NCBI GenBank assembly: GCA_963758295.1
Contig: CAVWUU010000004.1
Span: 736,001-800,000 of the forward strand
Length of the DNA: 64,000 nt
Direction: 5' to 3'
Source of the DNA: Candidatus Eremiobacteria bacterium
GTDB taxonomy: Bacteria; Vulcanimicrobiota; Vulcanimicrobiia; Vulcanimicrobiales; Vulcanimicrobiaceae
Both the position numbers and the translations under genes were made by a program. Of the stretch, positions 10,492 to 21,836 are shown piece by piece (the first letter of the stretch is position 1; each line of letters opens with the position of its first letter). The notes beneath the pieces are model-generated. The model saw only the letters and a list, made by a program, of their open reading frames with translations. It ran no database searches and was not told where the DNA came from.

Positions 10492-11359
10492 TGCCCGTTA
10501 CTTCCCCCCGCAACGTGCGTTCTACTTTACTATCGGCCTCTTCGGCCGGCGGCTGAGGCTTCCGGAGGTACTTTTGCTTGATGTTCGGGTCGCCTTCGCG
10601 ATAGCCCAGGTCCTCGCGCAGCTCACGCAACCGTTGACGCAGATGGATAACGGCTTGGGCGTGGATTTGCGAAACGCGTGACTCCGACACCCCGAGTGCG
10701 CCCTTGATCTCTTTGAGCGTCTGCCCCTCGAAGTAATAGAGTCTGATAACGGTGCGCTCTTGCGGCGGCAGATTTTCGACCGCTTGCACGAGTTCGGTGC
10801 GGACTTCACGAGATTCGACTTCGCTTGTGACGTCGTTGCCCTCGTCGCGCAGCGTATCGACGAGCGGGATTTCGTAGCCCTTTTCGTTCGGCAGAAACTC
10901 TTCAAGCGAAAGCACGGCGGTGCCGCGCACGCGCTGGACAACTTGATCGAACTCCTTGCGCGTCAGGTTCATCCGAGCCGCAACTTCGTCGTCGGTTGGA
11001 ACCCGGCCGAGTTCGGTCTCCAATTCATGATGCGTCCGCTCCAGTTCGCGGGCCCGCTGGCGAACGGCACGCGGCACCCAGTCGAGCGAACGAAGCGCGT
11101 CGAGAATAGCCCCGTTGATACGGGTGATCGCGTAGGTTTCGAACTTCACCCCGCGCGCGTCATCGTACTTTTCGATCGCGTCGATCAAACCCAAAATGCC
11201 GTCGTTTATGAGATCGTTGATCTCAACGTTCGGCGGAAGATTGACGGAGATTCGACCGGCCACGTACTTCACCAAGTGCAAGTACTTGTGAACGATCTCT
11301 TCTCTCGAAAGCTCGATGCCGCCGATGACGTAGCGACGGGGACTACGGCTCAGCTTCAT
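10424..11359 (-). CDS. fliA: Flagellar sigma factor FliA/WhiG (sigma-28)
   Basis: KFETYAITRINGAILDALRSLDWVPR region 2 and LGVSESRVSQIH region 4. Confidence 0.95.
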   Translation of the reverse strand: MKLSRSPRRYVIGGIELSREEIVHKYLHLVKYVAGRISVNLPPNVEINDLINDGILGLIDAIEKYDDARGVKFETYAITRINGAILDALRSLDWVPRAVRQRARELERTHHELETELGRVPTDDEVAARMNLTRKEFDQVVQRVRGTAVLSLEEFLPNEKGYEIPLVDTLRDEGNDVTSEVESREVRTELVQAVENLPPQERTVIRLYYFEGQTLKEIKGALGVSESRVSQIHAQAVIHLRQRLRELREDLGYREGDPNIKQKYLRKPQPPAEEADSKVERTLRGEVTGNGDSPSGSSTGLYGRSTERGPG

Positions 11360-11415
11360 GCAACCCCGAGTGCCATGCGTCCGCGCATGACCGAGCAGAT
11401 ATTCACAGATTCCAC
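11356..11415 (-). CDS. Putative 19-aa upstream ORF translationally coupled to fliA
   Basis: AGGAGG SD, GTG start, VESVNICSVMRGRMALGVA, stop overlaps fliA start as ATGA. Confidence 0.4.
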   Translation of the reverse strand: MESVNICSVMRGRMALGVA

Positions 11416-11457
11416 AAAGCCTCCTACCCTACGAAACATGTCCATGACGCCTGGGCG

Positions 11458-12531
11458 TTAAGTCTTTGCTACGGAAGTCAGATCCGTGATGATGGCAGCG
11501 ATTTCGTTCAAAGGTGCAACGCGATCTACGAGGCCTTCTTTGGCGACTGCGCGGGGCATACCGTACACGACGCACGTTGCTTCATCTTGTCCGATGACGT
11601 AACCGCCGCGCTCCTTAAGCCTGCGCAAACCTCTAACCCCATCTTGCCCCATTCCAGTCAAGATAACGCCGAGCGCCGCGGGGCCAAAAACGTCCGCGAC
11701 TTCTTCGGTCATCGAATCGACGCTCGGGACATGCAGCGACGAACCGTCGTCGTCTACTAGCCGCACCTCGGTTTCGCCGGGCGACCGCCGGCGAAGCGAT
11801 ACTTGCTTGCCTGAAGGGACGACGAGCGCGGTACCGGCTTCCAGAACCATGCCGTTGGCAGCTTCATGCACCGTTATTTTGCTTTGCGAGTTCAAACGGT
11901 CTGCAAGCGGACGCGTGAAGCCGAGCGGCATGTGTTGCACGATGAGGATGGGCACGGGAAAGTTTGCCGGGAGTCGCGGGATGACGTGAGAGAGTGCGAC
12001 CGGGCCGCCGGTCGAAGTGCCGATGGCGACACATTGGAATCGCGCATCGCTCGGCACGCGCGGAACCGACAGGCGTAGCGGCGGAACGAAGCCGCGTTCG
12101 GCAACCGGCGCCGGTTGCGGCCGCGGTGAGGCACCGCGGCGCACGACTGCGCGAATTTTACTGATGAGGTCGCGCGCAACGTCGGTGATGTTCACGTAGG
12201 CCGCGTCGGGTTTCGGGATAAAATCGACGGCGCCCAGCTCGAGCGCGCGGAACGTCGTTTCGGCGCCCTCTCGCGTGAGCGAGCTGCACATGATGATCGG
12301 AATGCGGTGATCGGCGACGATCTGCCGGACCGCTTCGAGGCCGCCCATGCCGGGCATCTCAACGTCCATCGTAATGACGTCCGGGCCGAACTGCTGCACC
12401 TTGCCGATCGCCTCTTCGCCGCTGCGCGCGGTCGCGACGACGCGAATGTCGGCTTCGTTTTCCAACATTTTCGTAATGGCGCGGCGCATGAACGCGGAGT
12501 CGTCGGTTACAAGAACGTTGATCGAATCCAT
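11458..12531 (-). CDS. cheB: Chemotaxis response regulator protein-glutamate methylesterase
   Basis: REC domain plus [24 protein letters not shown]. Confidence 0.97.
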   Translation of the reverse strand: MDSINVLVTDDSAFMRRAITKMLENEADIRVVATARSGEEAIGKVQQFGPDVITMDVEMPGMGGLEAVRQIVADHRIPIIMCSSLTREGAETTFRALELGAVDFIPKPDAAYVNITDVARDLISKIRAVVRRGASPRPQPAPVAERGFVPPLRLSVPRVPSDARFQCVAIGTSTGGPVALSHVIPRLPANFPVPILIVQHMPLGFTRPLADRLNSQSKITVHEAANGMVLEAGTALVVPSGKQVSLRRRSPGETEVRLVDDDGSSLHVPSVDSMTEEVADVFGPAALGVILTGMGQDGVRGLRRLKERGGYVIGQDEATCVVYGMPRAVAKEGLVDRVAPLNEIAAIITDLTSVAKT

Positions 12532-12535
12532 GTCG

Positions 12536-13357
12536 TCATTTCCGTTGGTAGTAAATCGCCTTAGGCGAGATGACCGGTTCGTAGAGATCCGTTAAGCGCA
12601 TTATCGATTCGGCATGACCCAGAAACAAATACCCACCGGGTCGCAGCGCGTTGGCAAACGCCTCAACGACGCGTTTTTGCGTCGGTTTATCAAAATAGAT
12701 AAGCACGTTGCGGCAAAAGATCGCGTCGAAGGTTCCCATGCTTGCCACCGCCCGGGATTCGAGCAGGTTCAAACGCGAGAACTCGACCATTCGCTTGATG
12801 TCGTCATTGATGAAGAAACCGCCTTCAAAAGGGCGGAAGTACTTCTGGACCATCTCGGGCGCGGTCGCCCGGAAAGAGAGCTCGCGATAGAACCCGGTGT
12901 TGGCTTTCTCCAGGGCGCGGGGCGAGAGGTCTGTCGCACGAATCGTCAGGGCGCTCGAGGCAAGCTTTCGCGTTTGCGCGAGCATCATCGCAATCGTGAA
13001 GGGTTCTTCGCCGGTCGAGCATGCCGAAGACCAGATGCGAAGCCTCCCGCCCGTTTTCGCCGCTTCGTCGACGACTTGAGTCGCCAGCACGTCGAGCTGC
13101 GCGCGTTCGCGGAAGAAATACGTTTCGTTGTTGCTCAGGACCGATGCCAGCTCAGCCCACTCTTTCTCGCGCTCGAGCGACGTCGTGAGATAAGTAAAGT
13201 ACGCGCCGAAATCGTTCAGACGGCATTTCAACAACCGCGTCTGCAAGCGGCTCTGCAACAAGAACTGCTTCGTATCGTCGTAATAAATGCCGAACCGTTC
13301 GCGAATGATATCGCGAAGCGCTTGGAACTCCGTTTCCGTAATAGCTATCGTCGACAC
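12536..13357 (-). CDS. cheR: Chemotaxis protein methyltransferase
   Basis: [37 protein letters not shown]. Confidence 0.97.
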   Translation of the reverse strand: MSTIAITETEFQALRDIIRERFGIYYDDTKQFLLQSRLQTRLLKCRLNDFGAYFTYLTTSLEREKEWAELASVLSNNETYFFRERAQLDVLATQVVDEAAKTGGRLRIWSSACSTGEEPFTIAMMLAQTRKLASSALTIRATDLSPRALEKANTGFYRELSFRATAPEMVQKYFRPFEGGFFINDDIKRMVEFSRLNLLESRAVASMGTFDAIFCRNVLIYFDKPTQKRVVEAFANALRPGGYLFLGHAESIMRLTDLYEPVISPKAIYYQRK

Positions 13358-13406
13358 GCGTCAGTTGATCCGGTGGCGCAGGGTTCTTGCCTCTGAGCCC
13401 TTTAGC

Positions 13407-14612
13407 CTATGCCAGCAGGGAACGCGCGCCGAAACGCAGCGCCTGCACGTATAAGCAAAGCCGGTCGAACGGTGTCCGCTCGTGGTCTTCGCGCTGCAAA
13501 GCGTCTGCAAAACGCGGCGAGGCCGCGAGCTGCTCGAACAGGAAGCCGTAACGCACGGGCCGCTCTTCCAGGAACCGCATCAGCTTCACCCGGTGCGCAA
13601 GCCGTCGCGCAAAACGCTTGGTCAGCCGGGCGGCATAGCGTTCGGCGCTCTTTGCCGCGTCATTGCGATGTTCCCCAACCGCGTCGCTCGCAAATCGCCC
13701 GCTCATCGCGGCTTCGAAAATCCCTTCGCCGTTCGTCGCGTCCACCAGCCCGGCGGCCGTGCCGCCGATCATTACACCGTCCGATCCGACCTCCGCTCGC
13801 GGCAAACCGCCGTACAGCAAATGACCCTCTTCTTTGACCCGCATCACCCTCGCGTCGGGATAAAGCCGCGTTCGCACACGCTCGGTAAATTCATCGAGTT
13901 CCTCGCGCAGGACGCTGCCTTCCAATTTCCCTATCAAACCGAGACCTATCGCGAGATGATCGCGTTTGGGAAACATCCATGCTACGATTTGGCGTCCGTC
14001 GCGCGCCGGGTAGTAATGCAGTTCCAGCGTTTGGTAAGCAATGGCAGCGGCCGGACGATCGAGGTACACGCGGTACTGCAAGGTCGTCATCAAACCGTCG
14101 CGCCAACGCTCGTCGACGAAATGGCGAGCTGCGCTCAGCGATTCGAAACGAGCGGTTGCGCCTTGCGCCAGGAAGACATGACGCGCACGAATGCGCTGGC
14201 GCGTACCGCGTTGCAAGTCCGCGTATTCGACGATCGTCGAGCCGGCGTCACGTTCGAACGAGCGAAGCAACGATTGCGTTCGTATTTCTGCGCCCGCGGC
14301 ACTCGCAAGCCGCGCCATCGTTCCGTCGAGCTCCTCGCGCGTTGACGTGTGTCCGGGACCGAAGAACACTTCGTGCTCGCGGGCATTCGTGTCGAAGAGC
14401 GCTAAGCGCGGCGTATCACAGTGCACGATTTCGCGCGGCAAGTCGAACGTCTCGCAAAAGCGCGGGCGCAATCCCGCGGCGCAAACGCGTTTCGCACCGA
14501 CCACGGCGTCTTTTTCCAGCACGACGGTATGAATGCCGCGGGAAGCCGCCTCACGCGCGGCCTGCGCACCGGCCGGCCCGCATCCCGCCACTAGAAACTC
14601 GACGTTTTCCAT
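13407..14612 (-). CDS. Geranylgeranyl-reductase-family FAD oxidoreductase
   Basis: VAGCGPAG FAD motif, WMFPK, AAGLVDATNGEGIFEAAMSG. Confidence 0.82.
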   Translation of the reverse strand: MENVEFLVAGCGPAGAQAAREAASRGIHTVVLEKDAVVGAKRVCAAGLRPRFCETFDLPREIVHCDTPRLALFDTNAREHEVFFGPGHTSTREELDGTMARLASAAGAEIRTQSLLRSFERDAGSTIVEYADLQRGTRQRIRARHVFLAQGATARFESLSAARHFVDERWRDGLMTTLQYRVYLDRPAAAIAYQTLELHYYPARDGRQIVAWMFPKRDHLAIGLGLIGKLEGSVLREELDEFTERVRTRLYPDARVMRVKEEGHLLYGGLPRAEVGSDGVMIGGTAAGLVDATNGEGIFEAAMSGRFASDAVGEHRNDAAKSAERYAARLTKRFARRLAHRVKLMRFLEERPVRYGFLFEQLAASPRFADALQREDHERTPFDRLCLYVQALRFGARSLLA

Positions 14613-14681
14613 TGCTTCCTCTGTTGCGACTTAAAGCGTCGAGGTCCCGTCTAAAAGCGGCGCGAAATGCAAATCCCCGTA

Positions 14682-15224
14682 ATGAAAGAGCATAGTCCCC
14701 GCAACTACTTGAATCTTCCGCTGGGCGAGAATCAACCCGACGAAATCAACGTCATCGTTGAAATCCCGGAGAAGTCGCGGAACAAGTATGAATACGACAA
14801 AACGCTTGATATCTTCCGTTTGGACCGCGCACTCCATTCGGCAATTCACTATCCGGGCGACTATGGTTTTGCGCCGCAAACGCTGGCATTGGACGACGAT
14901 CCGCTCGACGTCCTCGTCCTCGTAATCGAACCGACGTTCCCAGGCTGCCTCGAAGCCGCGCGCCCGATCGGCTTGCTGGAAATGATCGACGGCGGCAAAG
15001 AAGACGACAAGATTCTCGCGGTTCCGGTCGGTGAACCGGCATTCGAAGAGATTTACAACTACACGCAGATTTTTCCGCACCTTTTGCGCAAAGTCTCGCA
15101 CTTCTTCGAAACCTACAAAGCGCTCGAAGGCAAGAAGACGCAAGTGGGCGAGTGGCGTGACGCCGCACACGCGCGCCGCGTGATCGCTGAATCGCACGAA
15201 CGTTTCCGCCAGCAAGGAAAGTAG
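14682..15224 (+). CDS. ppa: Soluble inorganic pyrophosphatase (family I)
   Basis: NKYEYD, YPGDYGF, DDDPLDVL, HFFETYKALE. Confidence 0.95.
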   Translation: MKEHSPRNYLNLPLGENQPDEINVIVEIPEKSRNKYEYDKTLDIFRLDRALHSAIHYPGDYGFAPQTLALDDDPLDVLVLVIEPTFPGCLEAARPIGLLEMIDGGKEDDKILAVPVGEPAFEEIYNYTQIFPHLLRKVSHFFETYKALEGKKTQVGEWRDAAHARRVIAESHERFRQQGK

Positions 15225-15371
15225 GCGGCAGCTCAAACGCTTCCGCTAAAAGTCGCATCGCGGAAAAAGTCGCATAAGCGACAAAGGACTCACTACTCCT
15301 ATCGCAGTACGCACGGCGTGAAGCGGCGCTCTTAGGGCGCCTCTATGCTGCTACTACTATAAGGAAAATAC

Positions 15372-17486
15372 GTGACGTCTCAATCCGCGATATTGGCCGG
15401 GTTGGTCGGTGGCGCGCTCGCCGTAATTTACGGAATTGTCTTGACCTTCTGGGTCTTGAGACAACCGGACGGCAACGAGCGCATGAAGCAGATCGCCGCG
15501 GCTATCCAAGAAGGCGCGATGGCCTTCCTCCAACGTCAGTACACCACGATCGGGATCGTAGCCATTGTGCTCGCGATCCTGATTTTTATCGCGCCCGGCC
15601 TTGGCTGGCAAGCGGCGCTCGGGTTCCTGGTCGGCGCGATCTTGTCGGGAGCCGCCGGCTTCATCGGCATGATCGTTTCGGTTCGGGCCAACGTGCGCAC
15701 CGCCGAGGCGGCGCGCGGCGGCCTCGGGCCGGCGCTCAATGTAGCCTTCCGCGGTGGTACGGTGACGGGCATGCTAGTCGTTGGCCTGGGCTTACTGGCG
15801 GTGTCGGGCTACTATGCCTTCCTGCTTCAGGTGAATCATGGCGACGCGACGCGATCGCTCGCGGCGATGGTCGGATTGGCCTTCGGCTGCTCGCTGATCT
15901 CGGTCTTCGCTCGTCTCGGCGGCGGCATTTATACGAAGGCGGCGGACGTCGGTGCGGATTTGGTCGGCAAAGTGGAGGCCGGCATTCCCGAAGACGACCC
16001 GCGCAATCCGGCCGTAATCGCGGATAACGTCGGTGACAACGTAGGCGACTGCGCCGGCATGGCGGCCGATCTCTTCGAGACGTATTGCGTAACGACGGTC
16101 GCGGCAATGCTGCTTGGAAATCTCGTCTTCGGCGATAAATGGCCGAACGCGACGACATTTCCGCTACTGCTCGGCGCTTTCTCGATCGTGGCGTCGATTA
16201 TCGGTTCTTGGCTCGTCGGAATCGGCAAGGTCGACCGTGCGCGGATCATGAGTTCGCTGTACACCGGCATGATCGTCGCCGGCATCCTCGCGCTTATCGC
16301 ATTCTTCTTCCTCTCCAAAGCCGTATTCACCGACGCTTCGGGAGTCAGCGGCACTTCGATCTTTATCTGCGCGCTCGTCGGCGTTTTAATCACCGGTGCT
16401 ATTACGTACATCACGGAGTATTACACCGGCACGCAGTTCTCGCCGGTGCAACGCATCGCGAAAGCTTCGATCACGGGACACGCAACGAACATGATCGCGG
16501 GACTTGCCGTTTCCATGCAAGGAACGGCGTTGCCGGCCATCGTCATCGTCATCGGCATTCTCGTCAGCTATACGCTCGACGGAACGTACGGCGTCGGCAT
16601 CGCCGTCATGGCAATGCTTTCCCTTGCCGGCATCGTTGTCGCGATCGACTCGTTCGGCCCGATCACCGATAACGCGGGCGGCATCGCGGAAATGGCCGAA
16701 ATGCCGGAGGACGTTCGCAACGTCACCGATCCGCTCGACGCCGTCGGCAATACAACGAAGGCGGTAACCAAAGGTTATGCGATTGGTTCGGCTGCTCTCG
16801 CCGCCGTCGTCTTGTTTGCATCGTTCTTACAAGAGCTGATCAAAGCCAAATGCGGCGGAGGGGCTTCAAATCCGACCGCGTGCGCGGCAAGCGTTACGAA
16901 TCTTTTCGCGATCGGCAATCCCTATGTGCTTGCCGGACTCTTCATCGGCGGCTTGCTGCCGTATCTGTTCGCCTCGCTTGCAATGGAAGCCGTGGGACGC
17001 GCGGCGGGATCCGTCGTCGAGGAAGTGCGCCGTCAGTTCCGCGAGATTCCGGGCATCATGGAGGGCACCGCGAAACCCAACTACGGGACCACCGTAGGTA
17101 TCGTTACGTCGGCTGCGCTCAAAGAAATGATCGTTCCAGCGCTGATTCCGGTCGGCGTTCCCGTCGTCGTGGTGCTCTTGAGCGTTTTCAACATCCTCAA
17201 AGGCGACACGGCTGCACAAATGATGGGCGGCATTCTCGTAGGCTCCATCGTCACCGGCCTTTTCGTCGCCATCTCGATGACAACGGGCGGCGGTGCGTGG
17301 GACAACGCCAAGAAGTACATCGAAGACGGCCACTACGGCGGCAAGGGTTCTACCGCCCATCAGGCGGCCGTCACCGGCGACACGGTCGGCGATCCGTACA
17401 AAGACACGGCGGGTCCGGCCATCAACCCGATGATCAAGGTCTTGAACATCGTAGCGCTGCTGCTGGTGGGCTTCTTAGTCCATTAG
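15372..17486 (+). CDS. hppA: Membrane-bound H+-translocating pyrophosphatase, K+-independent type
   Basis: [32 protein letters not shown] (Lys variant), [10 protein letters not shown]. Confidence 0.97.
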   Translation: MTSQSAILAGLVGGALAVIYGIVLTFWVLRQPDGNERMKQIAAAIQEGAMAFLQRQYTTIGIVAIVLAILIFIAPGLGWQAALGFLVGAILSGAAGFIGMIVSVRANVRTAEAARGGLGPALNVAFRGGTVTGMLVVGLGLLAVSGYYAFLLQVNHGDATRSLAAMVGLAFGCSLISVFARLGGGIYTKAADVGADLVGKVEAGIPEDDPRNPAVIADNVGDNVGDCAGMAADLFETYCVTTVAAMLLGNLVFGDKWPNATTFPLLLGAFSIVASIIGSWLVGIGKVDRARIMSSLYTGMIVAGILALIAFFFLSKAVFTDASGVSGTSIFICALVGVLITGAITYITEYYTGTQFSPVQRIAKASITGHATNMIAGLAVSMQGTALPAIVIVIGILVSYTLDGTYGVGIAVMAMLSLAGIVVAIDSFGPITDNAGGIAEMAEMPEDVRNVTDPLDAVGNTTKAVTKGYAIGSAALAAVVLFASFLQELIKAKCGGGASNPTACAASVTNLFAIGNPYVLAGLFIGGLLPYLFASLAMEAVGRAAGSVVEEVRRQFREIPGIMEGTAKPNYGTTVGIVTSAALKEMIVPALIPVGVPVVVVLLSVFNILKGDTAAQMMGGILVGSIVTGLFVAISMTTGGGAWDNAKKYIEDGHYGGKGSTAHQAAVTGDTVGDPYKDTAGPAINPMIKVLNIVALLLVGFLVH

Positions 17487-17529
17487 AGGATTAGGCCGAG
17501 GGCCTGATCCACGGTTGGTGTGAAAACAA

Positions 17530-17564
17530 AAGCGGGCTTCCCATGCGAGGCCCGCTTCGTTTTT
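17530..17564 (+). terminator. Rho-independent terminator after hppA
   Basis: AAGCGGGC...GCCCGCTT stem followed by T-tract. Confidence 0.75.
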
Positions 17565-17618
17565 GGAACGAGATCGGCCGGGCGACACGTTTAGTAGAAT
17601 GTGGGAAGAAATCAATTG

Positions 17619-18392
17619 ATGCGTACGATTGCTCGGCTAGGTCTCGGGACTGCCGTTTCTCTGAGTCTGCTTCTTAGCGCCATGGCGCCGGCTTCGGCGC
17701 TAAACGACCAGCAGCAATGGGAGATGCAGATCGGTCAGCAAGAGTATCAGCAACTGCAGCAGCAGGGCGTGATCGTCCAATCCTCGCCGTACTACAAGGT
17801 TTTGGAGCCGATTGCCAAGCGAATTTCCGCCGTTGCAGATCAAAAATACTTCACACCGTTCCATTTCATCTTGGTCAAAGACAGCCAGCCCAACGCTTTT
17901 GCGGTTCCCGGCGGCAACGTGTACGTGACGACCGCCATGATGACGTTCGCGCAAAATCAGGAAGAGCTGGCCGGCGTTCTGTGTCACGAAACGTCGCACG
18001 ACATTCACCACGACGTTTACAACCTGGCGCAAAAAGACCAAAACTTGCAGATCGGAGCAACGCTCATCGGGCTGCTGGTGGGTCGCAGCCAGATGGGCAA
18101 TCTGGCGGTGAACTTCCTCGCAAACGCGCAGGCGATGAACTTCTCCCGCGCCGTAGAAAGTAACGCAGATCATCTCGGCGCGTACACGTGCGCCCAGGCC
18201 GGCTACAACCCGTGGGGCATGGTGTGGCTGTTCAAACGCTTTGAAACAAAGCCGAGCGGCGTGCCGCTGGAGATGCTTTCCGACCACCCGCGCGATGACC
18301 ACCGCGTAAGCGACCTCCAGAACGAGTTCCACGACAACCCGGGAACGTTCGGACGCTTTAGTTCCAACGAGAATACGGCGCACAAACTCTAG
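17619..18392 (+). CDS. M48-family zinc metallopeptidase, secreted
   Basis: PNAFAVPGG, HETSH, SRAVESNAD, SDHP; signal peptide. Confidence 0.92.
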   Translation: MRTIARLGLGTAVSLSLLLSAMAPASALNDQQQWEMQIGQQEYQQLQQQGVIVQSSPYYKVLEPIAKRISAVADQKYFTPFHFILVKDSQPNAFAVPGGNVYVTTAMMTFAQNQEELAGVLCHETSHDIHHDVYNLAQKDQNLQIGATLIGLLVGRSQMGNLAVNFLANAQAMNFSRAVESNADHLGAYTCAQAGYNPWGMVWLFKRFETKPSGVPLEMLSDHPRDDHRVSDLQNEFHDNPGTFGRFSSNENTAHKL

Positions 18393-18426
18393 CGGGAGTG
18401 CGGGAGCAGCTCGCGTACTTACTCGC

Positions 18427-20478
18427 ATGCACTTTACGAAATCGACCGCGCTGCGTTTTGCAGCCGTGGTCGCTGCCGTTACGTTGCTCTTTACTGACGG
18501 TACCGTTCGTGCCGCGGTCAGTAAAGCGACGAGCGGCATCGACCTCAGTTCCTTCGATCGCACGTGTAAACCGTGCACGGACTTCTATCAATTCGCCAAC
18601 GGCGGATGGCTCAAGAAAACCCCGATTCCAAGCGCGTACCCCTCGTGGGGCTCGTTCAACATCCTCGCGGACCACAACAACGACGTCCTTCATTCGTTAT
18701 TGAATCAAGCATCGGAAGCTAACGCCGCTGCAGGCAGCAACGAACAGAAGATCGGCGACTACTATTCCAGCTGCATGGATACCGCGCAAATCGAGAAAGC
18801 GGGAACTGCTCCGCTCGATCCGCTCATGCAGTCGATCGACAAACTCTCCAGCACCAAAGATCTCGCACCGCTCGTTGCGTCGCTGCAGATGGACGGCGTC
18901 GACGCGTTCTTCGGTTTCGGCTCGGGCGCCGATTTCAAGAACAGCTCGCTGAACATCGCGCAACTCGGACAATCCGGTCTGGGCATGCCGGATCGCGACT
19001 ACTATCTGAAGACAGACGCGAAGAGCAAGGCGATCCAACAAGCCTACGTCGGACACGTGACGCAGATGTTCACGCTGCTCGGCGAGTCGCAACCTCAAGC
19101 GGCCGCGGATGCGCAAACCGTCATGGACATGGAAACGACGATGGCGAAAGCGCAAAAATCGCGAGTTGAAGATCGCGACCCGCAAGCGGTGTACAACAAG
19201 ACCGATCTCGCCGGCGTACAAAAGATGACGCCGAACTTCGACTGGGCATCGTTCATGCAAACCTCCGGCGTCCAGCCGGCGGCTATCAATGTTGCGCAGC
19301 CGACGTACTTTGCGGCGTTGAACACGGATTTCGCAACGTGGACGCCCACGCAAATCAAGACGTACTTGCGCTGGCAGACGATCCACGCGTTCGCGCGCAC
19401 GCTTCCCCAGCGTTTCGTAGACGCGAACTTCGATTTCTACTCCAAGACGCTTTCCGGAACGACGACCCAACTCGATCGCTGGAAGCGTTGCGTTCGCGCA
19501 ACGGACGGCGCTCTCGGCGAAGCGCTCGGTCAAGCCTACGTGCAAAAAGAGTTCCCAGCCGCCGCCAAAGCGCGCGCGCTCGAACTCGTGAAGTACGTAA
19601 AGGGAACGCTACGTGAAGACATCCCGACGCTCTCGTGGATGTCGCCGGCCACAAAATCGAAGGCGGTTGAAAAACTCGACGCGTTCGGCATCAAAATCGG
19701 CTACCCGGACAAGTGGCGCGACTACAGCTCGCTTGCGGTTAGCAAAGGCCCGTACGTTTCGAACGTTATGGCCGCGAATGTCTACGCGACGAAGTACGAT
19801 TTCGCAAAGATCGGCAAGCCCGTCGATCTCTCGGAGTGGGAAATGACGCCGCCGACGGTCAACGCCTACTACGACCCAACGCAGAATAACATCAACTTCC
19901 CCGCAGGCATCCTGCAGCCGCCGTTCTTTGACGCAAAAGCCGATATGGCGGTGAACTTCGGCGCCATCGGCGCCGTTATCGGACACGAATCGACGCACGG
20001 CTTCGACGATCAAGGCCGTCAGTTCGACAAGGCCGGAAACCTGACCGATTGGTGGACGGCAAGCGATGCAGCAAACTTCACGAAGCGCTCTAACTGCATC
20101 GTGAACCAGTTCGACGCCTTGCAGCCGGTGCCGGGCGTGCACGAGCAAGGCAAACTCGTCGAAGGCGAAGCGATCGCCGATCTCGGCGGTTTGACGATCG
20201 CCTACAAAGCGTTCGAAAAATGGCAGGCTTCACATCCGCGTCAGGTACTCGACGGCTTCACGCCGGAACAGCGCTTCTTCATCGGTTGGGCGCGCGTTTG
20301 GGCCAGCAACGAACGTCCGCAGTACGCATCGATGCTTGCAACCGTCGATCCGCATCCGTACGACAAGTTCCGCGTGAATGCGACGCTGTCGAACATGCCG
20401 GAATTCGCCAAGGCATGGGGCTGCAAACTTCCCGACGCAATGGTTCGCACGGCGAAAGATCGCTGCCAGATTTGGTAA
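18427..20478 (+). CDS. M13-family (neprilysin/PepO-like) metallopeptidase, secreted
   Basis: PCTDFYQFANGGW, VNAYY, HESTHGFDDQG, GEAIAD, C-terminal CQIW. Confidence 0.96.
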   Translation: MHFTKSTALRFAAVVAAVTLLFTDGTVRAAVSKATSGIDLSSFDRTCKPCTDFYQFANGGWLKKTPIPSAYPSWGSFNILADHNNDVLHSLLNQASEANAAAGSNEQKIGDYYSSCMDTAQIEKAGTAPLDPLMQSIDKLSSTKDLAPLVASLQMDGVDAFFGFGSGADFKNSSLNIAQLGQSGLGMPDRDYYLKTDAKSKAIQQAYVGHVTQMFTLLGESQPQAAADAQTVMDMETTMAKAQKSRVEDRDPQAVYNKTDLAGVQKMTPNFDWASFMQTSGVQPAAINVAQPTYFAALNTDFATWTPTQIKTYLRWQTIHAFARTLPQRFVDANFDFYSKTLSGTTTQLDRWKRCVRATDGALGEALGQAYVQKEFPAAAKARALELVKYVKGTLREDIPTLSWMSPATKSKAVEKLDAFGIKIGYPDKWRDYSSLAVSKGPYVSNVMAANVYATKYDFAKIGKPVDLSEWEMTPPTVNAYYDPTQNNINFPAGILQPPFFDAKADMAVNFGAIGAVIGHESTHGFDDQGRQFDKAGNLTDWWTASDAANFTKRSNCIVNQFDALQPVPGVHEQGKLVEGEAIADLGGLTIAYKAFEKWQASHPRQVLDGFTPEQRFFIGWARVWASNERPQYASMLATVDPHPYDKFRVNATLSNMPEFAKAWGCKLPDAMVRTAKDRCQIW

Positions 20479-20496
20479 CGATCGCGATCGAGCGAT

Positions 20497-20531
20497 AAAA
20501 AAGGCTCCGCATATGCGGAGCCTTTTCTTTT
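20497..20531. terminator. Bidirectional terminator
   Basis: AAAAAAGGCTCCGC-ATAT-GCGGAGCCTTTT between convergent genes. Confidence 0.85.
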
Positions 20532-20532
20532 G

Positions 20533-21813
20533 TTATTCCGGGACCGGCGCTACGTCGCCTAGCTGGGCTTCTTCGAGGACTTCACCGGTGGGCACACGTT
20601 CGTGAACGTCGTCGGCACGATTCGTAACTCGGACAGCTACGATCATCGATGCGCCCAGTAACACGGCGCCGATGATCCAGGCGGCACTCGGCATCCTCCA
20701 CCCATGCGTATTGGCGATCGAGTAAGCGAAGGCGCCCGTAAAAATCGGTGGTCCGACGATCATGCCGATGCTGCGCAGCATCTGAATTGCGCCCTGCAGC
20801 TCGCCTTGCTCGTTCTTTCCCACCCGGCGCGTCATTAGCGCTTGCGATGCCGATGAGGCAATCATCCACAACATGCTGACCGGGATAGCGATCCAGAACA
20901 GCAGCTGGTTTCCACCGTACAACAAAAAGCCCACCGTTCCGGCTGCGAGCCCGATTAGCAACGCCCGCCGCTCGCCGACCCGGTCCACCACCGGTTGGAT
21001 GACGAAGGCTGAAACAAGAATCGTGGCGACTCCCACGATAGCAAGCGAAATGCCGATCGTACGCATAGTCCAGGCGTACGCGAACATCGTGTAGAGCACG
21101 AAGAGTTGTGGCAACGCTTCATGTGCGATGTATCCGAGCGCGTTGACTGTTGCAAGTCCGGAAAGCTCGGGGTGGCGGCGCAGCATTCTCACCGAGCCGA
21201 GCGGGTTCGCGCGCTTCCAGGAAAACGCGTTGCGATGATCCCGGCCGAGCGACTCCGGAAGAACTAGCAAACCGTAGAAGAAGTTTGCCAAGCTCAATCC
21301 GCCGGCGACCCAGAAAGGCAACCGCGGATCGTGCGCGCCCAAAAAACCGCCGAGGGCCGGTCCAAGCACGAAACCAATGCCGAACGCCGCGCTGATCATG
21401 CCGATAGCGCCGGCGCGTTTGTCTTCCGGGGTTACATCGGCAACATACGCGCTTGCGACGATGATGCTTGCGGTGGTCGCGCCGGAAAGCACGCGCCCGA
21501 TGAAAAGCCACTGGAGATTCGGCGCAAGGGCGAGAATTGCGTAATCGATGCTTGTGCCGATGTTTGACAACAGGACCACCGGACGGCGTCCCACCTTGTC
21601 CGACCACGTGCCGAGTACGGGCGCGGCAAAGAATTGCACGATGGCAAAGATCGTTGCGAAAACGCCGCTGTAAAGCGATGCGTTGGCGTAATTGCCGTGC
21701 GCAAAGCTCAAGATCAGGGGCTGGAAAACCGGAATGATGATGCCCAAGGCGAGCATGTCGAGCAACACGGTTATAAAGATGAACGACATGGCCGCATTTC
21801 GCTTATTGAGCAT
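20533..21813 (-). CDS. TetA-like MFS (DHA1) efflux transporter
   Basis: GTWSDKVGRRPV motif A, GFVLGPALGG motif C, 12 TM. Confidence 0.92.
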   Translation of the reverse strand: MLNKRNAAMSFIFITVLLDMLALGIIIPVFQPLILSFAHGNYANASLYSGVFATIFAIVQFFAAPVLGTWSDKVGRRPVVLLSNIGTSIDYAILALAPNLQWLFIGRVLSGATTASIIVASAYVADVTPEDKRAGAIGMISAAFGIGFVLGPALGGFLGAHDPRLPFWVAGGLSLANFFYGLLVLPESLGRDHRNAFSWKRANPLGSVRMLRRHPELSGLATVNALGYIAHEALPQLFVLYTMFAYAWTMRTIGISLAIVGVATILVSAFVIQPVVDRVGERRALLIGLAAGTVGFLLYGGNQLLFWIAIPVSMLWMIASSASQALMTRRVGKNEQGELQGAIQMLRSIGMIVGPPIFTGAFAYSIANTHGWRMPSAAWIIGAVLLGASMIVAVRVTNRADDVHERVPTGEVLEEAQLGDVAPVPE

Positions 21814-21836
21814 TACGTGGCTCCTATTTACGTTTG

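Noticed and set aside
13407..14612. bchP / phototrophy gene
   Set aside because: Only family-level motifs and no bch or puf genes nearby
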